From Auanema rhodensis (taxonomy: Eukaryota > Animalia > Nematoda), in assembly GCA_964057225.1 (NCBI GenBank), contig OZ059900.1:4712001-4776000 (forward strand): DNA of 64,000 nucleotides, written 5' to 3'. How positions within the stretch are numbered: position 1 is the first letter of the stretch; each line of letters begins with the position of its first letter. Shown one piece after another: positions 53,481 through 64,000 of the stretch. The position numbers and the translations under genes were made by a program. The notes beneath the pieces are model-generated. The model worked only from the letters and a program-made list of their open reading frames with translations, was not told the DNA's origin and searched no databases.

Positions 53481-56400
53481 AGTCTTGGTTACCATGCATC
53501 AAATCCTTTAAGATAGTGTTTCTAGACTAATATGACCATGGGAAATTCATTTAAGTTCACAGTATTCTTTTATCTTTAACGGTATCCGAGTTACAAATCA
53601 AGATCACTTTCTTTGGATACTTAGGTGGTATAGCTACCTGTTCACAAAAAATTGGAAGTCCTGGTTACCATGCATCAAACCCATTAAGATTGTGTTTCTA
53701 GACTAATATGACCATGGGAAATTTATTTAAGTTCACAGTATTCTTTTATCTTCAACGGTATCCGAGTTACAAATCAAGATCACTTTCTTTGGATACTTAT
53801 GTGGTATAGCTACCTGTTCACAAAAAATTGGAAGTCTTGGTTACCATGCATCAAATCCTTTAAGATAGTGTTTCTAGACTAATATAACCATGGGGACTTC
53901 ATCAAACTTCACAGTATTCTTCTATCTTTAACGGTATCCGAGTTACAAATCAAGATCACTTTCTTTGGATACTTAGGTGGTATAGCTACCTGTTCACAAA
54001 AAATTGGAAGTCCTGGTTACCATGCATCAAACCCATTAAGATTGTGTTTCTAGACTAATATGACCATGGGAAATTCATTTAAGTTCACAGTATTCTTCTA
54101 TCTTTAACGGTATCCGAGTTACAAATCAAGATCACTTTCTTTGGATACTTAGGTGGTATAGCTACCTGTTCACAAAAAATTGGAAGTCCTGGTTACCATG
54201 CATCAAACCCATTAAGATTGTGTTTCTAGACTAATATGACCATGGGAAATTTATTTAAGTTCACAGTATTCTTTTATCTTCAACGGTATCCGAGTTACAA
54301 ATCAAGATCACTTTCTTTGGATACTTATGTGGTATAGCTACCTGTTCACAAAAAATTGGAAGTCTTGGTTACCATGCATCAAATCCTTTAAGATAGTGTT
54401 TCTAGACTAATATAACCATGGGGACTTCATCAAACTTCACAGTATTCTTCTATCTTTAACGGTATCCGAGTTACAAATCAAGATCACTTTCTTTGGATAC
54501 TTAGGTGGTATAGCTACCTGTTCACAAAAAATTGGAAGTCCTGGTTACCATGCATCAAACCCATTAAGATTGTGTTTCTAGACTAATATGACCATGGGAA
54601 ATTCATTTAAGTTCACAGTATTCTTCTATCTTTAACGGTATCCGAGTTACAAATCAAGATCACTTTCTTTGGATACTTAGGTGGTATGGCTACCTGTTCA
54701 CAAAAAATTGGAAGTCCTGGTTACCATGCATCAAACCCATTAAGATTGTGTTTCTAGACTAATATGACCATGGGAAATTTATTTAAGTTCACAGTATTCT
54801 TTTATCTTCAACGGTATCCGAGTTACAAATCAAGATCACTTTCTTTGGATACTTATGTGGTATAGCTACCTGTTCACAAAAAATTGGAAGTCTTGGTTAC
54901 CATGCATCAAATCCTTTAAGATAGTGTTTCTAGACTAATATAACCATGGGGACTTCATCAAACTTCACAGTATTCTTCTATCTTTAACGGTATCCGAGTT
55001 ACAAATCAAGATCACTTTCTTTGGATACTTAGGTGGTATAGCTACCTGTTCACAAAAAATTGGAAGTCCTGGTTACCATGCATCAAACCCATTAAGATTG
55101 TGTTTCTAGACTAATATGACCATGGGAAATTTATTTAAGTTCACAGTATTCTTTTATCTTCAACGGTATCCGAGTTACAAATCAAGATCACTTTCTTTGG
55201 ATACTTATGTGGTATAGCTACCTGTTCACAAAAAATTGGAAGTCTTGGTTACCATGCATCAAATCCTTTAAGATAGTGTTTCTAGACTAATATAACCATG
55301 GGGACTTTATCAAACTTCACAGTATTCTTCTATCTTCAACGGTATCCGAGTTACAAATCAAGATCACTTTCTTTGGATACTTATGTGGTATAGCTACCTG
55401 TTCACAAAAAATTGGAAGTCTTGGTTACCATGCATCAAATCCTTTAAGATAGTTTTTCTAGACTAATTTAACCATGGGGACTTCATCAAATTTCACAGTA
55501 TTCTTCTATCTTTAACGGTATCCGAGTTACAAATCAAGATCACTTTCTTTGGATACTTAGGTGGTATGGCTACCTGTTCACAAAAAATTGGAAGTCCTGG
55601 TTACCATGCATCAAACCCATTAAGATTGTGTTTCTAGACTAATATGACCATGGGAAATTCATTTAAGTTCACAGTATTCTTCTATCTTTAACGGTATCCG
55701 AGTTACAAATCAAGATCACTTTCTTTGGATACTTATGTGGTATAGCTACCTGTTCACAAAAAATTGGAAGTCTTGGTTACCATGCATCAAATCCTTTAAG
55801 ATAGTTTTTCTAGACTAATATAACCATGGGGACTTCATCAAATTTCACAGTATTCTTCTATCTTTAACGGTATCCGAGTTACAAATCAAGATCACTTTCT
55901 TTGGATACTTAGGTGGTATGGCTACCTGTTCACAAAAAATTGGAAGTCCTGGTTACCATGCATCAAACCCATTAAGATTGTGTTTCTAGACTAATATGAC
56001 CATGGGAAATTCATTTAAGTTCACAGTATTCTTCTATCTTTGACGGTATCCGAGTTACAAATCAAGATCACTTTCTTTGGATACTTAGGTGGTATAGCTA
56101 CCTGTTCACAAAAAATTGGAAGTCCTGGTTACCATGCATCAAACCCATTAAGATTGTGTTTCTAGACTAATATGACCATGGGAAATTTATTTAAGTTCAC
56201 AGTATTCTTTTATCTTCAACGGTATCCGAGTTACAAATCAAGATCACTTTCTTTGGATACTTATGTGGTATAGCTACCTGTTCACAAAAAATTGGAAGTC
56301 TTGGTTACCATGCATCAAATCCTTTAAGATAGTGTTTCTAGACTAATATAACCATGGGGACTTCATCAAACTTCACAGTATTCTTCTATCTTTAACGGTA

Positions 56401-59400
56401 TCCGAGTTACAAATCAAGATCACTTTCTTTGGATACTTAGGTGGTATAGCTACCTGTTCACAAAAAATTGGAAGTCCTGGTTACCATGCATCAAACCCAT
56501 TAAGATTGTGTTTCTAGACTAATATGACCATGGGAAATTCATTTAAGTTCACAGTATTCTTCTATCTTTAACGGTATCCGAGTTACAAATCAAGATCACT
56601 TTCTTTGGATACTTAGGTGGTATAGCTACCTGTTCACAAAAAATTGGAAGTCCTGGTTACCATGCATCAAACCCATTAAGATTGTGTTTCTAGACTAATA
56701 TGACCATGGGAAATTCATTTAAGTTCACAGTATTCTTCTATCTTTAACGGTATCCGAGTTACAAATCAAGATCACTTTCTTTGGATACTTAGGTGGTATA
56801 GCTACCTGTTCACAAAAAATTGGAAGTCCTGGTTACCATGCATCAAACCCATTAAGATTGTGTTTCTAGACTAATATGACAATGGGAAATTTATTTAAGT
56901 TCACAGTATTCTTTTATCTTCAACGGTATCCGAGTTACAAATCAAGATCACTTTCTTTGGATACTTATGTGGTATAGCTACCTGTTCACAAAAAATTGGA
57001 AGTCTTGGTTACCATGCATCAAACCCATTAAGATTGTGTTTCTAGACTAATATGACCATGGGAAATTTATTTAAGTTCACAGTATTCTTTTATCTTCAAC
57101 GGTATCCGAGTTACAAATCAAGATCACTTTCTTTGGATACTTATGTGGTATAGCTACCTGTTCACAAAAAATTGGAAGTCCTGGTTACCATGCATCAAAC
57201 CCATTAAAATTGTGTTTCTAGACTAATATGACCATGGGAAATTCATTTAAGTTTACAGTATTCTTCTATCTTTAACGGTATCCGAGTAACAAATCAAGAT
57301 CACTTTCTTTGGATACTTAGGTGGTATAGCTACCTGTTCACAAAAAATTGGAAGTCCTGGTTACCATGCATCAAACCCATTAAGATTGTGTTTCTTGTCT
57401 AATATGACCATGGGAAATTCATTTAAGTTCACAGTATTCTTCTATCTTTAACGGTATCCGAGTTACAAATCAAGATCACTTTCTTTGGATACTTAGGTGG
57501 TATAGCTACCTGTTCACAAAAAATTGGAAGTCCTGGTTACCATGCATCAAACCCATTAAGATTGTGTTTCTAGACTAATATGACCATGGGAAATTTATTT
57601 AAGTTCACAGTATTCTTTTATCTTCAACGGTATCCGAGTTACAAATCAAGATCACTTTCTTTGGATACTTATGTGGTATAGCTACCTGTTCACAAAAAAT
57701 TGGAAGTCTTGGTTACCATGCATCAAATCCTTTAAGATAGTGTTTCTAGACTAATATAACCATGGGGACTTCATCAAACTTCACAGTATTCTTTTATCTT
57801 CAACGGTATCCGAGTTACAAATCAAGATCACTTTCTTTGGATACTTATGTGGTATAGCTACCTGTTCACAAAAAATTGGAAGTCTTGGTTACCATGCATC
57901 AAATCCTTTAAGATAGTGTTTCTAGACTAATATAACCATGGGGACTTCATCAAACTTCACAGTATTCTTCTATCTTTAACGGTATCCGAGTTACAAATCA
58001 AGATCACTTTCTTTGGATACTTATGTGGTATAGCTACCTGTTCACAAAAAATTGGAAGTCCTGGTTACCATGCATCAAACCCATCAAGATTGTGTTTCTA
58101 GACTAATATGACCATGGGAAATTTATTTAAGTTCACAGTATTCTTTTATCTTCAACGGTATCCGAGTTACAAATCAAGATCACTTTCTTTGGATACTTAT
58201 GTGGTATAGCTACCTGTTCACAAAAAATTGGAAGTCTTGGTTACCATGCATCAAATCCTTTAAGATAGTGTTTCTAGACTAATATAACCATGGGGACTTC
58301 ATCAAACTTCACAGTATTCTTCTATCTTTAACGGTATCCGAGTTACAAATCAAGATCACTTTCTTTGGATACTTAGGTGGTATAGCTACCTGTTCACAAA
58401 AAATTGGAAGTCCTGGTTACCATGCATCAAACCCATTAAGATTGTGTTTCTAGACTAATATGACCATGGGAAATTCATTTAAGTTCACAGTATTCTTCTA
58501 TCTTTAACGGTATCCGAGTTACAAATCAAGATCACTTTCTTTGGATACTTAGGTGGTATAGCTACCTGTTCACAAAAAATTGGAAGTCCTGGTTACCATG
58601 CATCAAACCCATTAAGATTGTGTTTCTTGACTAATATGACCATGGGAAATTTATTTAAGTTCACAGTATTCTTTTATCTTCAACGGTATCCGAGTTACAA
58701 ATCAAGATCACTTTCTTTGGATACTTATGTGGTATAGCTACCTGTTCACAAAAAATTGGAAGTCTTGGTTACCATGCATCAAACCCATTAAGATTGTGTT
58801 TCTAGACTAATATGACCATGGGAAATTTATTTAAGTTCACAGTATTCTTTTATCTTCAACGGTATCCGAGTTACAAATCAAGATCACTTTCTTTGGATAC
58901 TTATGTGGTATAGCTACCTGTTCACAAAAAATTGGAAGTCCTGGTTACCATGCATCAAACCCATTAAAATTGTGTTTCTAGACTAATATGACCATGGGAA
59001 ATTCATTTAAGTTTACAGTATTCTTCTATCTTTAACGGTATCCGAGTAACAAATCAAGATCACTTTCTTTGGATACTTAGGTGGTATAGCTACCTGTTCA
59101 CAAAAAATTGGAAGTCCTGGTTACCATGCATCAAACCCATTAAGATTTTGTTTCTAGACTAATATGACCATGGGAAATTTATTTAAGTTCACAGTATTCT
59201 TTTATCTTCAACGGTATCCGAGTTACAAATCAAGATCACTTTCTTTGGATACTTATGTGGTATAGCTACCTGTTCACAAAAAATTGGAAGTCTTGGTTAC
59301 CATGCATCAAATCCTTTAAGATAGTGTTTCTAGACTAATATAACCATAGCGACTTCATCAAACTTCACAGTATTCTTCTATCTTTAACGGTATCCGAGTT

Positions 59401-62304
59401 ACAAATCAAGATCACTTTCTTTGGATACTTAGGTGGTATAGCTACCTGTTCACAAAAAATTGGACGTCTTGGTTACCATGCATCAAACCCATTAAGATTG
59501 TGTTTCTAGACTAATATGACCATGATGACTTCATTAAATTTCACAGTATTCTTCTATCTTCAACGGTATCCGAGTTACAAATCAAGATCACTTTCTTTGG
59601 ATACTTAGGTGGTATAGCTACCTGTTCACAAAAAATTGGAAGTCCTGGTTACCATGCATCAAACCCATTAAGATTGTGTTTCTAGACTAATATGACCATG
59701 GGAAATTCATTTAAGTTCACAGTATTCTTTTATCTTCAACGGTATCCGAGTTACAAATCAAGATCACTTTCTTTGGATACTTATGTGGTATAGCTACCTG
59801 TTCACAAAAAATTGGAAGTCTTGGTTACCATGCATCAAATCCTTTAAGATAGTGTTTCTAGACTAATATAACCATGGGGACTTCATCAAACTTCACAGTA
59901 TTCTTCTATCTTTAACGGTATCCGAGTTACAAATCAAGATCACTTTCTTTGGATACTTAGGTGGTATAGCTACCTGTTCACAAAAAATTGGAAGTCCTGG
60001 TTACCATGCATCAAACCCATTAAGATTGTGTTTCTAGACTAATATGACCATGGGAAATTCATTTAAGTTCACAGTATTCTTTTATCTTCAACGGTATCCG
60101 AGTTACAAATCAAGATCACTTACTTTGGATACTTATGTGGTATAGCTACCTGTTCACAAAAAATTGGAAGTCTTGGTTACCATGCATCAAATCCTTTAAG
60201 ATAGTGTTTCTAGACTAATATAACCATGGGAAATTCATTTAAGTTCACAGTATTCTTTTATCTTTAACGGTATCCGAGTTACAAATCAAGATCACTTTCT
60301 TTGGATACTTAGGTGGTATAGCTACCTGTTCACAAAAAATTGGAAGTCCTGGTTACCTTGCATCAAACCCATTAAAATTGTGTTTCTAGACTAATATGAC
60401 CATGGGAAATTTATTTAAGTTCACAGTATTCTTTTATCTTCAACGGTATCCGAGTTACAAATCAAGATCACTTTCTTTGGATACTTAGGTGGTATAGCTA
60501 CCTGTTCACAAAAAATTGGAAGTCCTGGTTACCATGCATCAAACCCATTAAGATTGTGTTTCTAGACTAATATGACCATGGGAAATTCATTTAAGTTCAC
60601 AGTATTCTTCTATCTTTAACGGTATCCGAGTTACAAATCAAGATCACTTTCTTTGGATACTTAGGTGGTATAGCTACCTGTTCACAAAAAATTGGAAGTC
60701 CTGGTTACCATGCATCAAACCCATTAAGATTGTGTTTCTAGACTAATATGACCATGGGAAATTTATTTAAGTTCACAGTATTCTTTTATCTTCAACGGTA
60801 TCCGAGTTACAAATCAAGATCACTTTCTTTGGATACTTATGTGGTATAGCTACCTGTTCACAAAAAATTGGAAGTCTTGGTTACCATGCATCAAATCCTT
60901 TAAGATAGTGTTTCTAGACTAATATAACCATGGGGACTTCATCAAACTTCACAGTATTCTTCTATCTTTAACGGTATCCGAGTTACAAATCAAGATCACT
61001 TTCTTTGGATACTTAGGTGGTATAGCTACCTGTTCACAAAAAATTGGAAGTCCTGGTTACCATGCATCAAACCCATTAAGATTGTGTTTCTAGACTAATA
61101 TGACCATGGGAAATTCATTTAAGTTCACAGTATTCTTTTATCTTCAACGGTATCCGAGTTACAAATCAAGATCACTTTCTTTGGATACTTATGTGGTATA
61201 GCTACCTGTTCACAAAAAATTGGAAGTCTTGGTTACCATGCATCAAATCCTTTAAGATAGTGTTTCTAGACTAATATAACCATGGGGACTTCATCAAACT
61301 TCACAGTATTCTTCTATCTTTAACGGTATCCGAGTTACAAATCAAGATCACTTTCTTTGGATACTTAGGTGGTATAGCTACCTGTTCACAAAAAATTGGA
61401 AGTCTTGGTTACCATGCATCAAATCCTTTAAGATAGTGTTTCTAGACTAATATAACCATGGGGACTTCATCAAACTTCACAGTATTCTTCTATCTTTAAC
61501 GGTATCCGAGTTACAAATCAAGATCACTTTCTTTGGATACTTATGTGGTATAGCTACCTGTTCACAAAAAATTGGAAGTCTTGGTTACCATGCATCAAAT
61601 CCTTTAAGATAGTGTTTCTAGACTAATATAACCATGGGAAATTCATTTAAGTTCACAGTATTCTTTTATCTTTAACGGTATCCGAGTTACAAATCAAGAT
61701 CACTTTCTTTGGATACTTAGGTGGTATAGCTACCTGTTCACAAAAAATTGGAAGTCCTGGTTACCTTGCATCAAACCCATTAAAATTGTGTTTCTAGACT
61801 AATATGACCATGGGAAATTTATTTAGGTTCACAGTATTCTTTTATCTTTAACGGTATCCGAGTTACAAATCAAGATCACTTTCTTTGGATACTTAGGTGG
61901 TATAGCTACCTGTTCACAAAAAATTGGAAGTCCTGGTTACCTTGCATCAAACCCATTAAAATTGTGTTTCTAGACTAATATGACCATGGGAAATTTATTT
62001 AAGTTCACAGTATTCTTTTATCTTTAACGGTATCCGAGTTACAAATCAAGATCACTTTCTTTGGATACTTATGTGGTATAGCTACCTGTTCACAAAAAAT
62101 TGGAAGTCTTGGTTACCATGCATCAAATCCTTTAAGATAGTGTTTCTAGACTAATATAACCATGGGGACTTCATCAAACTTCACAGTATTCTTCTATCTT
62201 TAACGGTATCCGAGTTACAAATCAAGATCACTTTCTTTGGATACTTAGGTGGTATAGCTACCTGTTCACAAAAAATTGGAAGTCCTGGTTACCTTGCATC
62301 AAAC

Positions 62305-62610
62305 CCATTAAAATTGTGTTTCTAGACTAATATGACCATGGGAAATTTATTTAAGTTCACAGTATTCTTTTATCTTTAACGGTATCCGAGTTACAAATCA
62401 AGATCACTTTCTTTGGATACTTAGGTGGTATAGCTACCTGTTCACAAAAAATTGGACTAATATGACCATGGGAAATTTATTTAAGTTCACAGTATTCTTC
62501 TATCTTTAACGGTATCCGAGTTACAAATCAAGATCACTTTCTTTGGATACTTAGGTGGTATAGCTACCTGTTCACAAAAAATTGGAAGTCCTGGTTACCA
62601 TGCATCAAAC
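62305..62610. other. Fused monomer pair with a 46-bp deletion (306 bp instead of 352 bp)
   Basis: The sequence reads aaaattGGA|CTAATATG at 62451-62464 instead of attggaagtc...tctagactaa. The next monomer head is at 62611 rather than 62657. Confidence 0.96.
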
Positions 62611-64000
62611 CCATTAAGATTGTGTTTCTAGACTAATATGACCATGGGAAATTCATTTAAGTTCACAGTATTCTTCTATCTTTAACGGTATCCGAGTTAC
62701 AAATCAAGATCACTTTCTTTGGATACTTAGGTGGTATAGCTACCTGTTCACAAAAAATTGGAAGTCCTGGTTACCATGCATCAAACCCATTAAGATTGTG
62801 TTTCTAGACTAATATGACCATGGGAAATTCATTTAAGTTCACAGTATTCTTCTATCTTTAACGGTATCCGAGTTACAAATCAAGATCACTTTCTTTGGAT
62901 ACTTAGGTGGTATAGCTACCTGTTCACAAAAAATTGGAAGTCCTGGTTACCATGCATCAAACCCATTAAGATTGTGTTTCTAGACTAATATGACCATGGG
63001 AAATTCATTTAAGTTCACAGTATTCTTCTATCTTTAACGGTATCCGAGTTACAAATCAAGATCACTTTCTTTGGATACTTAGGTGGTATAGCTACCTGTT
63101 CACAAAAAATTGGAAGTCCTGGTTACCATGCATCAAACCCATTAAAATTGTGTTTCTAGACTAATATGACCATGGGAAATTTATTTAAGTTCACAGTATT
63201 CTTTTATCTTCAACGGTATCCGAGTTACAAATCAAGATCACTTTCTTTGGATACTTAGGTGGTATAGCTACCTGTTCACAAAAAATTGGAAGTCCTGGTT
63301 ACCATGCATCAAACCCATTAAGATTGTGTTTCTAGACTAATATGACCATGGGAAATTCATTTAAGTTCACAGTATTCTTCTATCTTTAACGGTATCCGAG
63401 TTACAAATCAAGATCACTTTCTTTGGATACTTAGGTGGTATAGCTACCTGTTCACAAAAAATTGGAAGTCCTGGTTACCATGCATCAAACCCATTAAGAT
63501 TGTGTTTCTAGACTAATATGACCATGGGAAATTCATTTAAGTTCACAGTATTCTTCTATCTTTAACGGTATCCGAGTTACAAATCAAGATCACTTTCTTT
63601 GGATACTTAGGTGGTATAGCTACCTGTTCACAAAAAATTGGAAGTCCTGGTTACCATGCATCAAACCCATTAAGATTGTGTTTCTAGACTAATATGACCA
63701 TGGGAAATTTATTTAAGTTCACAGTATTCTTTTATCTTCAACGGTATCCGAGTTACAAATCAAGATCACTTTCTTTGGATACTTATGTGGTATAGCTACC
63801 TGTTCACAAAAAATTGGAAGTCTTGGTTACCATGCATCAAATCCTTTAAGATAGTGTTTCTAGACTAATATAACCATGGGGACTTCATCAAACTTCACAG
63901 TATTCTTCTATCTTTAACGGTATCCGAGTTACAAATCAAGATCACTTTCTTTGGATACTTAGGTGGTATAGCTACCTGTTCACAAAAAATTGGAAGTCCT

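Larger units (their letters stand above)
1..64000. repeat. Tandem satellite DNA array, 176-bp monomer, about 364 head-to-tail copies (centromeric/pericentromeric-type; family not identified)
   Basis: Monomer 1 is 1-176 (cctttaagatagtgtttctagac...ttaccatgcatcaaac). The head cc(t/a)ttaag recurs at 177, 881, 2641, 5281 and every 2640 bp (15x176) through 60721. Monomer 1 has 63/176 G+C. The array runs off both window ends. The centromeric role is inferred only from monomer size, homogeneity and array length. Confidence 0.99.
40833..64000. repeat. Satellite domain B (about 132 monomers) with dimer/trimer-based structure
   Basis: Monomers carry gggaaatt(c/t)atttaagttcac, cttcatCaaaCttcac and tacttaTgtgg. 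I saw no ttcgaag, and ggacgtc only once (about 59465). The first B-type body is in the monomer starting at 40833. Confidence 0.93.

Noticed and set aside
1-64000. Protein-coding repeat gene or ORFs from the recurrent ATG motifs
   Set aside because: 176 is not a multiple of 3, so frames rotate each unit. Each unit has several TAA/TAG/TGA triplets on both strands (ttaa, ctag, ctaa, ttag), so no long ORF can persist.
1-64000. CRISPR array or other repeat-spacer system (conserved half plus variable half)
   Set aside because: The variable part is a small set of allelic point variants of one sequence, not unique spacers. There are no cas or other genes in the window.
1-64000. Transposon insertion, inversion or telomeric repeat within the array
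   Set aside because: Phase is kept throughout apart from one deletion, all units are on the same strand, and no foreign sequence is visible. ttagg occurs only once per monomer.
1-64000. Information-bearing code in the order of monomer variants
   Set aside because: The order is explained by nested in-register tandem duplications and occasional conversion. Nothing in the sequence requires a programmed mechanism.

Overview
The whole 64 kb is one uninterrupted head-to-tail satellite array of a 176-bp monomer (about 36% GC, about 364 copies, single orientation). It looks like a eukaryotic centromeric or pericentromeric array, but I cannot assign the family or organism. I see no genes, RNA genes, transposon insertions, CRISPR arrays or unique sequence, so I cannot support a novel gene-encoded system here. 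What stands out is the architecture. (1) The 176-bp phase holds at every 2640-bp checkpoint up to about 62.4 kb, then breaks at a single 46-bp deletion with 2-bp microhomology (62455). (2) There is a sharp switch at about 40.8 kb between two monomer-variant domains, A (1-40832) and B (40833-64000), which differ in CpG-bearing variants. (3) Higher-order structure is irregular and nested, with local duplications at 2, 5, 6, 8, 9, 12, 23 and 25 monomer spacing. (4) Rare variants flank a homogeneous core of domain B on both sides, suggesting layered expansion. (5) Isolated monomers of one domain sit inside the other. All typing was done by eye, so block boundaries are approximate to about one monomer.
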